Shown here: in pieces, positions 47,150 to 56,902 of the stretch
How positions within the stretch are numbered: position 1 is the stretch's first letter
Layout: each line of letters begins with the position of its first letter
NCBI GenBank assembly: GCA_023247725.1
Contig: JAHFFW010000016.1
Span: forward strand, 1 to 58,244
Source: Candidatus Omnitrophota bacterium
GTDB lineage: Bacteria > Omnitrophota > Gorgyraeia > Zapsychrales > JAHFFX01
DNA length: 58,244 bases
Direction of reading: 5' to 3'
Position numbers and translations under genes: made by a program
Notes under the pieces: generated by a model
What the model saw: only the letters and a program-made list of their open reading frames with translations
The model's database searches: none
What the model was told of the DNA's origin: nothing

Positions 47150-48169
47150 TCAGACCTTCATCCGTTCAATTTCTTCGTCAGAAAGTTTCTTCGCCCGCAC
47201 TTTACGGATATTCGTACGATCCTTCACCAGCCAGTATTCGACCTCGATTTCTGGTGAATCCTTAAAGCTCGAGAATCGCTGCACTAGTCCCGCAGCGATG
47301 GTCAGGACTTCGGGGCCAGGATCATAGCCTTTAAGAACCAACGTGGGCCCCTTCTTATTTTCAACTTCAAAAATCAAATCATCAGAATGAGCAAAGGAGC
47401 GTAATGACTCATTTTCCGGTTCATCGCGGCCGAGAACCAGTTTGAAATCTTTGGAGTAACGAAAATGCCGGCCCCACTTGAGGCTGATCGTTTCACGGAA
47501 CGTGCGATAACCATGGTCGAGGGTGTCCTTCATCCGCCGGGCAAAATTTTTATCGGTCAATAAACATCCGCCGGCGGGCGGCAAAAAATCCTTGATTTGA
47601 TAACGCCGGGCCAATTCCAATTGAGGTTTACGAGTCCTTCCGGAAATATTGAGCAGTCTTTGGCGGTCGATGAGGCCTTCTTGTTCGGGAATCGTTGGTT
47701 CCAGTAACTGAGCGCATAGGGGTCTTAGTAAACAGCCCTCCAATTGGCTTTCCCTTTCAATCATCCGGAGGCTATGGCGCATCTGAGACATCGGCCGTTG
47801 CCCAAGGATTTCTCCGGTAAAGACAAAATCCGCCCCAATCGAGCGCATATATTGACCGGCGCGGGCAAACATGTGGATTCGGCAATCGACGCAGGGGTTA
47901 AGCGCCGAGCCATAACCGTGTTTGGGTTTCTTCACGATCTCGAGGTAACGTTCATCCAACTGCAAGACGATGCAATCGATGCCCAATTGGGCGCTAGCCT
48001 GCAAAGCCTTGGTCTTGTCGCAGCATCCCCAGGGCATGGCAAAATACACCCCTTGCACCTTAACGCCAAGCTCCTGAACAATCTTGGCAGCCAAAATACT
48101 ATCGAGACCTCCGGAGATGAGGCCCACGGCCTTGACGGTTTTGGGTTGGGCATTCGATTGCTGAATCAT
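47150..48169 (-). CDS. PP-loop tRNA thiolation-type protein (ThiI/MnmA-like, DUF814-type C-terminus)
   Basis: SGGLDS, NPCVDC, TGEILGQRPMSQ, GGCLLTD, GRHFR. Confidence 0.8.
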   Translation of the reverse strand: MIQQSNAQPKTVKAVGLISGGLDSILAAKIVQELGVKVQGVYFAMPWGCCDKTKALQASAQLGIDCIVLQLDERYLEIVKKPKHGYGSALNPCVDCRIHMFARAGQYMRSIGADFVFTGEILGQRPMSQMRHSLRMIERESQLEGCLLRPLCAQLLEPTIPEQEGLIDRQRLLNISGRTRKPQLELARRYQIKDFLPPAGGCLLTDKNFARRMKDTLDHGYRTFRETISLKWGRHFRYSKDFKLVLGRDEPENESLRSFAHSDDLIFEVENKKGPTLVLKGYDPGPEVLTIAAGLVQRFSSFKDSPEIEVEYWLVKDRTNIRKVRAKKLSDEEIERMKV

Positions 48170-48202
48170 CGATTTCCTTAAACTTTTAAACTTTGGGATG
48201 TT

Positions 48203-48231
48203 ACTATAGCGAAATTCATTTCGATAAGCAA
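48203..48231 (-). promoter_or_regulatory. Putative sigma70 promoter of the PP-loop gene
   Basis: Minus strand TTGCTT, 17 bp spacer, TATAGT. Confidence 0.55.
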
Positions 48232-48245
48232 GCCGATTATCGCTT

Positions 48246-48361
48246 TATTGACCTTTCTTCCATTAAAAGCATTGCTGTGGAAGTCAATACTGCCTTTTCC
48301 CGAAGAGAAGAAAGGTCTAATACTGGCTTCCACTCTGCTTTTGGATGGGAAAAGGCCAGTA
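48246..48361. repeat. Three tandem palindromic units joined at shared TA dinucleotides
   Basis: TATTGAC...GTCAATA (48246-48289), TACTGCC...GGTCTAATA (48288-48322), TACTGGC...GCCAGTA (48321-48361). Confidence 0.7.
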
Positions 48362-48408
48362 AAAAGTGTCCACTTTTAATTTTAAAATGACATGAAGGAA
48401 AATTTGGC

Positions 48409-48440
48409 TTGCTTAGGAAAAGTCCATTTGTTAATATAAT
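48409..48440 (+). promoter_or_regulatory. Putative sigma70 promoter of ilvBN
   Basis: TTGCTT at 48409-48414 with TAATAT/TATAAT at 48432-48440. Confidence 0.45.
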
Positions 48441-48469
48441 CACCTTATTCCAACCCCAATTTCTGATCG

Positions 48470-50242
48470 ATGGAAACCAAAAATAACCCTCAAAGGATCG
48501 AGGCGAAACCGTCCTTCGCATCGGGACAAAAGCCAATGACCGGGGCCGAAGCCTTAATCCGTTGTTTGGAAAACTTCGGCGTGGAATATATCTTTGGTCT
48601 TTCGGGCGGGGCCGCCATTCCTATCTTTGATGCCCTAGTTGGATCGAAAATCAAATTGATTCTCGTCCGGCATGAACAGGGCGCCACCCATATGGCCGAT
48701 GGTTATGCGCGGGCAACCGGCAAGCCCGGCGTCGTCCTTGTGACCAGCGGTCCCGGCGCAACCAATACGGTGACTGGGATCATGACGGCCCACATGGATT
48801 CGGTGCCTATGATTGTCTTAACCGGTCAGACCATTAGCCCCATGCTAGGCAAAGATGCCTTTCAGGAAGCGGATATCTTTGGCATCACCATGCCCGTCGT
48901 GAAGCATAGTTACTTAGTGAAAACGACCAATGATATTCCTCGCGTTGTGAAGGAGGCTTTTTATATCACCAGCAGTGGCCGGCCTGGTCCCGTGCACATT
49001 GATTTGCCCAAGGACGTGACCTCCAGTCCCTTCACCGGGGAAACCCTTGATCCCAAAATGGATATTCCGGGTTACAAAGTACCGGGAAAAGGCAAGAAAT
49101 CCGACATCCTCAAGATGGCCAAATTATTCCAAGGCTCGAAGCGTCCGGTTTTACTCGTCGGACACGGAGCCGTTATTTCCCGGGCTGGCGCCGCGATCAA
49201 AGAGTTAGCCTACAAGCTTCGTTCCCCCGTGACGAATACCCTGTTAGGAAAAGGCGAATTTCCCGAAACCGATCCGCTTTCCCTGGGGATGCTGGGAATG
49301 CATGGGACGGCCTATGCCAATCTTGCTTTGACGCGCTGTGATTTGATTTGTTCCATTGGTTCACGCTGGGATGATCGGATCAATGGCAACCCGGCCAAAT
49401 TCTGCATCGGCGCAAAAAAACTCCATATCGACATCGATGAAGCCGAAATAAATAAAATTGTTAAACCCGACGCCTATTGCGTGGGCGATGCAAGGCTGAT
49501 CGTAGAAGAATTAGTGAGGCATATTGAACCTTTGGATACAAAAGAGTGGTTGGAAGAACTCGAGGGTTACAAGAAGCAGCATCCCTTAAAATTTCATAGT
49601 GACCGAGGTCTCACCGCCCAGTATGTCCTCTATGAATTACAAAATGTCACCCAGGGTCGTGCCACCATCTCCACGGATGTGGGACAGCACCAGATGTGGA
49701 GCGCGCAGTTTAACTTGGCGATTAAGGGGGATCGCTGGCTGTCTTCCGGGGGTGCGGGGACCATGGGATTTGGTTTTCCGGCGGCGATTGGCGCGCAATT
49801 CGGTCGTCCTCACGATCTTGTCATTGCCGTCGTCGGTGATGGTGGATTTCAAATGACGCTTTATGAGCTGGCAACGGTCTATGTTCACAAATTGCCGGTC
49901 AAGGTTTTGATCATCGACAACAAATATTTAGGAATGGTCCGTCAGTGGCAGGAGCTCTTTTTTGATAATCGCCTTTCCGGCGTGGACCTGGAGGGAAATC
50001 CGGATTTTGTGAAGCTGGCCGAGGCCTATCATGTCAAAGGAGTTCATATTGATAAAGTCGAACATGTGCGCGAGCGCCTTGAGGAAGCGATCAATCACCC
50101 TGGCCCCGTTGTCATCTGGGCCGAGGTCATCAAGGAAGACAATGTGTTTCCCATGATTCCGGCAGGAAAATCCGCCTACGAAATGATCATCGAACCGCCG
50201 AAAAAAGATCAACGATTGGAAAAGCCATCGGGAAGTACATGA
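48470..50242 (+). CDS. ilvB: Acetolactate synthase large subunit
   Basis: RHEQGA, TSGPGATN, DAFQE, TDVGQHQMW, GDGGFQM, LGMVRQWQ. Confidence 0.97.
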   Translation: METKNNPQRIEAKPSFASGQKPMTGAEALIRCLENFGVEYIFGLSGGAAIPIFDALVGSKIKLILVRHEQGATHMADGYARATGKPGVVLVTSGPGATNTVTGIMTAHMDSVPMIVLTGQTISPMLGKDAFQEADIFGITMPVVKHSYLVKTTNDIPRVVKEAFYITSSGRPGPVHIDLPKDVTSSPFTGETLDPKMDIPGYKVPGKGKKSDILKMAKLFQGSKRPVLLVGHGAVISRAGAAIKELAYKLRSPVTNTLLGKGEFPETDPLSLGMLGMHGTAYANLALTRCDLICSIGSRWDDRINGNPAKFCIGAKKLHIDIDEAEINKIVKPDAYCVGDARLIVEELVRHIEPLDTKEWLEELEGYKKQHPLKFHSDRGLTAQYVLYELQNVTQGRATISTDVGQHQMWSAQFNLAIKGDRWLSSGGAGTMGFGFPAAIGAQFGRPHDLVIAVVGDGGFQMTLYELATVYVHKLPVKVLIIDNKYLGMVRQWQELFFDNRLSGVDLEGNPDFVKLAEAYHVKGVHIDKVEHVRERLEEAINHPGPVVIWAEVIKEDNVFPMIPAGKSAYEMIIEPPKKDQRLEKPSGST

Positions 50243-50248
50243 AAAAAG

Positions 50249-50336
50249 TCCCAATAACCAAGATACAATAATCAAACATTTTGGTGGTTTGAATTTGGAA
50301 TATTTTTGGTTATTGCCTCTTGGGATTTGGTTATTC
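50249..50336. repeat. Inverted pair of degenerate short tandem repeats between ilvB and ilvN
   Basis: TCCCAATAACCAAGATACAATAATCAAA, then TTTGG/TTTGA/TTGGTTATT/TTGGGATTTGGTTATT. Confidence 0.7.
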
Positions 50337-50338
50337 AT

Positions 50339-50845
50339 ATGAATATTCCCAAAAAAAATCCCAATGTGCATACGATCAGCATGCTGGTGGCCAACAAGCC
50401 CGGCGTTTTGGTTCGCTGCGCTCAGGTCTTTGCCCGGCGGGGATTTAATATTGATGCCCTTGTTGTTTCCGCCTCCGTCAATCCCAAATATTCTCGGATG
50501 ACGATCACCGCAACCGGGGACCCGCAAACCCTCGAGCAAATCATCAAACAGACGGCGAAGCTCATCGATGTCATTCATGTCAGCGAGCACACCGGCGTTG
50601 ACTCCATTGACCGGGAATTCGCGTTATTCAAGTTGAACGTCCCTCCTGCCAAACGCGCGGCGACCCTTAAGCTGATCAAGGGCCGGGCCCATGTAATCGA
50701 TGAGAAACAAGGAAGCCTCATCGTTGGCAAAACTGGCACCACCGATGACCTGGATCAGTTTGAGGAAGAATTAAAGAAATTCGGAATTATCGAGATGGTG
50801 CGGTCGGGGAAGCTCGTGATGGCGAAGGGAAAAGAATCGACCTAA
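50339..50845 (+). CDS. ilvN: Acetolactate synthase small subunit
   Basis: HTISMLVANKPGVL..., RRGFNI, EQIIKQ, EMVRSG; start reassigned to ATG 50339. Confidence 0.93.
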   Translation: MNIPKKNPNVHTISMLVANKPGVLVRCAQVFARRGFNIDALVVSASVNPKYSRMTITATGDPQTLEQIIKQTAKLIDVIHVSEHTGVDSIDREFALFKLNVPPAKRAATLKLIKGRAHVIDEKQGSLIVGKTGTTDDLDQFEEELKKFGIIEMVRSGKLVMAKGKEST

Positions 50846-51261
50846 TTTTGATCGGCCAACGAGCAAGGCAGGATTTTGGGAAGTTCTTTAGGCGGCAGGA
50901 CCACTTCAGAAATTTCAACTCCCCTTTCATCGTATTCAATCGACGTAATGCGGCACCGGTCTTGATCAATGTCTGGCCGGTCGATCCCCAAATACTGCGC
51001 GATCGCGGCACGCAGGGCCTCCCACTCGAGGTGAAGAACGAATTGGCGTTCTTCATCGCCGTCACAGGCCAGCTGTTGGACTAACCGCGCATACTGAAAA
51101 TCGAGGATTTCTTCCAAGGTTTTTCCTGCACAGAATTCGGAAAAACCCGTCGATGCACCAATTTCGCGGCTGCAGGTGATCTTGGCGAATTCAAATTTAA
51201 CGAATCGTTCATTGTTATCCAGGCGAATGTTCAATCCGGATGAACTGTCTGAGCATGGCAT
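50842..51261 (-). CDS. Hypothetical protein with six Cys
   Basis: 139 aa; MPC at the N-terminus, LPC at the C-terminus. Confidence 0.65.
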   Translation of the reverse strand: MPCSDSSSGLNIRLDNNERFVKFEFAKITCSREIGASTGFSEFCAGKTLEEILDFQYARLVQQLACDGDEERQFVLHLEWEALRAAIAQYLGIDRPDIDQDRCRITSIEYDERGVEISEVVLPPKELPKILPCSLADQN

Positions 51262-51269
51262 AGCGTCAC

Positions 51270-51665
51270 CTATTGTTTAACATAATACAATCCAGTATCT
51301 TCATCAATTGAACATTCGATGGAATTAAACAATTTTGTACAAGCCGTTATAAAGTTGGTTCGCGTGAAGTTCTGTTCCTTAGAATCATTCTTTCGGTGGT
51401 CGGCTGACAAAAAGTCATAAAAAATGATCGTCAGTCGATCAGGGAAATCCTTGACTGGCATAATCCGCCAAATTCCTGAATTCTCTTGTTTGGCTTGAGA
51501 TCCTTTCCTCTTCCAGATGACTTGCCAGTAATGACCGTCAGCCTTTAATGTCAATTGTTCCGTTGATTCTCCGTAATTGGCCTCGTAAGTCCCTACCAAA
51601 TCTTTTGGATTTAATGAGCATCCCGTCAAGATGATAAACGAGATCAAACAAATGAATCGGCGCAT
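51270..51665 (-). CDS. Hypothetical lipoprotein
   Basis: MRRFICLISFIILTGC lipobox. Confidence 0.7.
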   Translation of the reverse strand: MRRFICLISFIILTGCSLNPKDLVGTYEANYGESTEQLTLKADGHYWQVIWKRKGSQAKQENSGIWRIMPVKDFPDRLTIIFYDFLSADHRKNDSKEQNFTRTNFITACTKLFNSIECSIDEDTGLYYVKQ

Positions 51666-51794
51666 GCAATCGGTATTCTCTTTGCTTATTCAGTATTACA
51701 GAAAGCGGATCATTGAGAAATAAAAATTTGGACCGCTATAAAAAAGACCCTGAATCATTTCATGGCCTTTGAGGCAGGGTGAGCTAAAAAAAGT

Positions 51795-52877
51795 TCACCA
51801 TTCCAGCGCGCCACCGGTTTGATATTCGGTGACCCGCGTTTCAAAGAAGTTCTTCTCTTTCTTAAGATCAATCACTTCGCTCATCCAGGGGAACGGATTC
51901 TCGCAGTGATATTGTTTGGGCAGACGCAATTTCTCCATCCGCCGGTCGGCAATGTACTGGACATATTCCCGAATCATCGGGACGTTTAACCCCAGTACCC
52001 CCCGCGGCAAACATTCCTTCGCGTAATTGATTTCCAGCTCCACGGCCTTTTTGATGCGGCCGATCAAATGCCTCTGGAATTCCGTCGTCCAAATATCCGG
52101 ATTCTCATCGACGATTCCGTTAATGAGCGCGATCCCAAAATTCATGTGGATGCTCTCATCTCTGAGGATGTACTGGATCTGTTCGCACGTTCCCGGCATG
52201 CGGTTCTGGCGGCCAAAGGAGAGCATCGTCACAAACCCGCTGTAGAAAAAGATTCCCTCGGTCACCACGTAAAATCCCACAAGATTATTGATGAATTCTT
52301 GTTTTCCTTCCGTTGTTTTTAAATCCATGCTCTCATCCAAAATGCCATCCGTGCAGCTCATCGAGAATTCATCTTTTTCATAAATCTCTTTATTCTCCCG
52401 ATACATGTTGAACATCTCCCCCTGGTCCATGGATAACGACTCGATGATGTACTGAAAGGCATGCACGTGGATGGCTTCTTCGAAGGCCTGGCGCAACAAG
52501 TATTGACGGCATTCTGGATTATCTACGAGTTTATAAATAGACAGGACGATGTTATTGCCGACCAGAGTTTCCGCGGTTGAAAAAAATCCCAGATTGCGTT
52601 TGATCACATGGCGTTCGTCATCGGTGAAGGCCTTGGGATTTTTCCATTGCTCAATGTCGCGCTGCATGGAGATCTCCGTCGGCATCCAGTGATTGGCGCA
52701 GCCATCCAAATAAAAATGCCAGGCCCACTGGTATTTGATGGGGACCAGCTGGTTGACATCCACGGTACGACCGTTGTTAATAAGGAACTTATTGTCAACG
52801 GAAATTCGTTCCCGGGTCATTCGAATGCTGCCGCTCGCCGTTTTACAAACCTTTTCCTGGGGTGTAATCTCCGACAT
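51795..52877 (-). CDS. nrdB: Ribonucleotide reductase beta subunit, class Ic (Mn/Fe) signature
   Basis: [12 protein letters not shown] (Glu ligand), EEAIHVHAF (Phe at the radical Tyr position), [26 protein letters not shown]. Confidence 0.93.
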   Translation of the reverse strand: MSEITPQEKVCKTASGSIRMTRERISVDNKFLINNGRTVDVNQLVPIKYQWAWHFYLDGCANHWMPTEISMQRDIEQWKNPKAFTDDERHVIKRNLGFFSTAETLVGNNIVLSIYKLVDNPECRQYLLRQAFEEAIHVHAFQYIIESLSMDQGEMFNMYRENKEIYEKDEFSMSCTDGILDESMDLKTTEGKQEFINNLVGFYVVTEGIFFYSGFVTMLSFGRQNRMPGTCEQIQYILRDESIHMNFGIALINGIVDENPDIWTTEFQRHLIGRIKKAVELEINYAKECLPRGVLGLNVPMIREYVQYIADRRMEKLRLPKQYHCENPFPWMSEVIDLKKEKNFFETRVTEYQTGGALEW

Positions 52878-52910
52878 AATCCCTCCCGACAAGGTTACCC
52901 GGTTAAATAT

Positions 52911-55900
52911 TTATTGGCAGGCTTCGCAGTCCTGTTGTGGTTCGGTAGTACCAGTTTGACTGATGCGTCCTTTGTCATCCCGGCGTCTTTGGCCAACGAC
53001 GTTGGCATACTTCGTGACATCGAGTGTGCTTTTTTCAATCCGCGTCGCACCCATCGAACGCAGATAATAGGTCGTCTTTAACCCCTTTTCCCAGGCCAGC
53101 ATATACATGTCGCTCACCTTTTTGCCGCTAGGTTTCGCCTGATAGAGATTGAGCGACTGGCCCATATCAATCCACTTTTGCCGACGGCTGGCGGCCTCCA
53201 TCATCCATTCATATTCAATTTCAAAGGCCGTCGCGTATTTGATTTTGATGTGTTCCGGGATGCGGGAGATCTCTTGCACGCTGCCATCAAAATACTTAAG
53301 ATCATCAATCATCTCTTTGTCCCACAAAGACAATTTCTTTAAGTCTTCCACCAAATATTCATTAATGACGGTGAACTCTCCGGACAAATTGCTTTTGACA
53401 AAGACATTTTTGTACATGGGTTCAATCGAGGCCGTGACCCCCACAATGTTGGCAATGGTTGCGGTCGGGGCGATCGCCATGGTGTTACTGTTGCGCAGGC
53501 CGAATTGAGCCATTTCCCGACGGACCACGGACCAATCCATTCGGCTGGAGCGATTCACCTCCAAATACCCGCCGCGTTCTTTCTCCAGAAGATTCAAGGT
53601 ATCCAGGGGTAAAAGTCCGCGGTCCCATTTTGAGCCTTTGTAAGAAGGATAGGTCCCTCGCTCTTTGGCTAACTCAATGGAGCCGAGAATTGCGTAAAAG
53701 GAAATCGCCTCCATGCTTTCATCGGCGAATTGAACAGCCTCGTTCGAGGCATAGCCGAAATTTTGAATGTACAAGGCATCCTGAAAGCCCATGATTCCCA
53801 GGCCAACCGGCCGGTGTTTCAGATTGGAATTCCTGGCCTCTGGAGTTGGATAATAATTGACATTAATGACATTGTCCAGCATGCGAACGGCCGTGGCAAC
53901 GGTTGCCTTTAATCGTTCGTGATCAAGTCCGCCCGGCGTTGTATGCGCCGCGAGATTGATGGAACCAAGATTACAGACCGCGGTTTCATCTTTGGAGGTG
54001 TTGAGTAAAATTTCCGTACATAAATTGGAACTGTGCACCACCCCGACATGATCCTGCGGCGAGCGAATGTTCGCGGGGTCCTTAAATGTGATCCAGGGAT
54101 GGCCGGTTTCGAAAAGCATGCTCAGCATCTTGCGCCACAACTGGACGGCCGAGACCACTTTGTGCTGTCGCAGTTTTCCTTCTTTAGCCAAGGCCTCGTA
54201 TTCCTCATAACGCTTTTCAAAGGCTTGCCCATAAAGATCGTGAAGACCCGAGGCTTCATTGGGAGAAAACAACGTCCAATTACCGTTGGATTTGACCCGC
54301 TTCATGAATAAGTCCGGAATCCAATTCGCCGTGTGCATGTCATGGGTCCGGCGGCGTTCATCCCCGGTATTTTTGCGTAACTCCAGGAATTCCTCAATGT
54401 CCAAGTGCCAGACCTCGAGGTAGGCGCACATGGCCCCCTGCCTTTTGCCTCCCTGATTGACCGCTAAGGCCGTGTCATTGGCCACTTTTAAAAATGGAAT
54501 CACACCTTGGCTGCGACCGTTGGTTCCTTTGATGCGGGCGCCCATGGCGCGGACATTGGTCCAATCATTGCCAAGCCCGCCGCTCCATTTGGAAAGCATG
54601 GCGTCATCCTGAATGCATTTAAAAATATGATGCAGATCATCCATGACCGTTGTTAAAAAACACGACGAGAGTTGTGCATGCAGCGTTCCGGAATTAAACA
54701 ACGTCGGAGTCGAAGAAATGAAACGGAATGTCGAAAGGATATGATAAAATTCCACGGCCATTTGATTCTTATCTTTGCCCTCATTGCCTGCGAGTCCCAT
54801 CGCTACCCGCATCCAAAATATTTGCGGCAATTCCATTCTCCGGTCTTCCCAATGGATGAAGTAACGGTCATACAGCGTTTGCAATCCCATGTACCGGAAA
54901 AGAAAATCCCGCGATGCATCGAGTTGTCGTCCCAGAAAATCGAGATCAAATTCTAAGAGGTTGGGGTCAAGCAATTCAAGTTCGATGGCTTTTTTGATGT
55001 ACTGTGGGAAATACAAGGCATAATGTTCTTTCATTTGTTCAAAATTGACTTCCGTCTTCAAGGCTTCTCTATATTCATGCAGCAACAAAAGTCTGGCAGC
55101 GACAAAACTGTAGTTGGGTTCGACCTCAATCAAAGACCGCGCCGCCATAATATTGGACAACGTCATTTTGGTCTCGGTGATACCGTTGTAATAATTCTTG
55201 AGCGATTCGTTGAGGACTTTCTCGGCCGAAACATCGGCGAGTCCCGAAGCGCAGGTCTCTATCTGAAAACGCAGGACATCCAGATCAATAGGCTTTTCTT
55301 CTCCCGTTGAGGTTTTGACCACAAGATTTTTGACCCAGGCCAAAGGAGAAGGATGCTGCTGCGGTTCTTTTTGTCGAATCTTGGCCCGTTCTTCCCTATA
55401 AAGAATGTAACGCCTCGCCACATCATGGTAGCCAGAACCCATCAGGATCTTTTCAACCAGATCCTGGATCTCCTCGATGTGAATGGATTTTCCTTCTGGC
55501 CAAAGTTTTTTAATCTCAGCGACAACCTTATCGGAAAGCTCGCGGGATTTTTCAATGAGAAGTTCATTGAGCTCTCCGTTATGGCTGGCGCGGAAGGCCT
55601 TCGCAATGGCGAGGGTAATTTTTTCTGGTTTAAAGGAAACGATCTTTCCCTCCCGCTTGGTCGTCGTGTAAAGCTCAAACAAGGCTCGGCGGGCCGCGTG
55701 GTGGCGCCGGTAGCTGGCATAGCGCTCACCGATTTCTTTGAATCCATTTTCATAAAGTTGCCGGATGACCTCATCCTGGATTTCTTCCACAGTTAAGAAT
55801 TCCTTATTTTGGGTCCGGCCCCGCAAGACGGAAAAAACGCACAGAGCAATTTTGTTGACATTGGCTGAATCAATATCCGGGAGATCCACTTCTCGGGGGA

Positions 55901-56021
55901 GACGGTTGTATTCCTTAAAGGCGTTGGCAATCGCATGGTTGATACGGCCGGCGTTAAACGTCACAACTTGCCCATTGCGTTTTTTGACCTTGATTAATAC
56001 CGCTATGGTTTCCTTGGACAT
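52911..56021 (-). CDS. nrdA: Ribonucleotide reductase alpha subunit with three N-terminal ATP-cone-like repeats
   Basis: TPTLFNSG, SSCF, QGGKRQG, SNLCTEI, AVCNLGS, KTTYYLR, C-terminal CEAC; GAGGAG RBS. Confidence 0.96.
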   Translation of the reverse strand: MSKETIAVLIKVKKRNGQVVTFNAGRINHAIANAFKEYNRLPREVDLPDIDSANVNKIALCVFSVLRGRTQNKEFLTVEEIQDEVIRQLYENGFKEIGERYASYRRHHAARRALFELYTTTKREGKIVSFKPEKITLAIAKAFRASHNGELNELLIEKSRELSDKVVAEIKKLWPEGKSIHIEEIQDLVEKILMGSGYHDVARRYILYREERAKIRQKEPQQHPSPLAWVKNLVVKTSTGEEKPIDLDVLRFQIETCASGLADVSAEKVLNESLKNYYNGITETKMTLSNIMAARSLIEVEPNYSFVAARLLLLHEYREALKTEVNFEQMKEHYALYFPQYIKKAIELELLDPNLLEFDLDFLGRQLDASRDFLFRYMGLQTLYDRYFIHWEDRRMELPQIFWMRVAMGLAGNEGKDKNQMAVEFYHILSTFRFISSTPTLFNSGTLHAQLSSCFLTTVMDDLHHIFKCIQDDAMLSKWSGGLGNDWTNVRAMGARIKGTNGRSQGVIPFLKVANDTALAVNQGGKRQGAMCAYLEVWHLDIEEFLELRKNTGDERRRTHDMHTANWIPDLFMKRVKSNGNWTLFSPNEASGLHDLYGQAFEKRYEEYEALAKEGKLRQHKVVSAVQLWRKMLSMLFETGHPWITFKDPANIRSPQDHVGVVHSSNLCTEILLNTSKDETAVCNLGSINLAAHTTPGGLDHERLKATVATAVRMLDNVINVNYYPTPEARNSNLKHRPVGLGIMGFQDALYIQNFGYASNEAVQFADESMEAISFYAILGSIELAKERGTYPSYKGSKWDRGLLPLDTLNLLEKERGGYLEVNRSSRMDWSVVRREMAQFGLRNSNTMAIAPTATIANIVGVTASIEPMYKNVFVKSNLSGEFTVINEYLVEDLKKLSLWDKEMIDDLKYFDGSVQEISRIPEHIKIKYATAFEIEYEWMMEAASRRQKWIDMGQSLNLYQAKPSGKKVSDMYMLAWEKGLKTTYYLRSMGATRIEKSTLDVTKYANVVGQRRRDDKGRISQTGTTEPQQDCEACQ

Positions 56022-56083
56022 CAAGCTCTCCTCATGATAAGGGACGAAATGAATAAAACAGGTTGGGAATATCGGTTGAGATT

Positions 56084-56129
56084 ATACAATATATTGTACA
56101 GCTAAATTTACGAGTACAATATGCAGTAT
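56084..56129. promoter_or_regulatory. Tandem NrdR boxes upstream of nrdAB
   Basis: ATACAATATATTGTAC (56084-56099) and GTACAATATGCAGTAT (56114-56129), 30 bp apart; resemble the acaCwAtATaTwGtgt consensus. Confidence 0.75.
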
Positions 56130-56251
56130 AAAGATTTTCAAAACGATGTCAAGCGCAGAGTTGGTTTTTTTAGTGATTTTGCCGTCGAGGGAAAAAATGG
56201 GGCGCCCTTAAACAAAAAGACTCTCAAGGAAAGAGCGCCCGTAGAAATGGA

Positions 56252-56875
56252 TTATTTTAAAGCGGCCTGATAACGACGCGAAACCGCCTCCCAGTTGATC
56301 ACATTCCAAAAGGCCGTGATGTATTCCGGTCGACGATTCTGATATTTGAGATAATAGGCGTGCTCCCAAACATCCAGCCCCAAAATAGGAATACCCTTAC
56401 AATCAGCCACATCCATTAAAGGATTATCCTGGTTCGGTGTTGAACAGACCGACAATTTTTTCGCTGAGACGCACAGCCACGCCCATCCACTGCCAAATCG
56501 AGTCTTGGCGGCGGCTTCGAATTTTTCTTTAAATCCGGCAAAGCCGCCAAATTCTTTTTGAATCCCTTCCGCGAGAGGACCGATCGGTTCACCGCCGGCC
56601 TTGGGACTCAAAATTTCCCAGAACAAGCTGTGATTGGCGTGGCCTCCGCCATTGTTGCGAACCGCGGTGCGAATATTTTCCGGCAAGGAAGAAATTTTGG
56701 CGATCAATTCTTCCACCTTCAACGATTCGAGTTGGCTGTTTCCTTTCATGGCATCATTCACGTTATTGATATAGGCTTGGTGATGCTTGGTGTAGTGGAT
56801 TTCCATGGTTTTGGCGTCGATGTGCGGCTCGAGCGCATTGTAATCGTAAGATAATTTCGGTAGGGTAAAGGCCAT
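56252..56875 (-). CDS. sodA: Superoxide dismutase, Mn-type signature
   Basis: [28 protein letters not shown]. Confidence 0.93.
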   Translation of the reverse strand: MAFTLPKLSYDYNALEPHIDAKTMEIHYTKHHQAYINNVNDAMKGNSQLESLKVEELIAKISSLPENIRTAVRNNGGGHANHSLFWEILSPKAGGEPIGPLAEGIQKEFGGFAGFKEKFEAAAKTRFGSGWAWLCVSAKKLSVCSTPNQDNPLMDVADCKGIPILGLDVWEHAYYLKYQNRRPEYITAFWNVINWEAVSRRYQAALK

Positions 56876-56902
56876 TGTCGTCCTCCTTTGCTCGGGATAT
56901 CT

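Noticed and set aside
48246-48361. ilvB transcription attenuator
   Set aside because: No Leu/Val/Ile-rich leader peptide, and the predicted ilvB promoter lies downstream of the structure.
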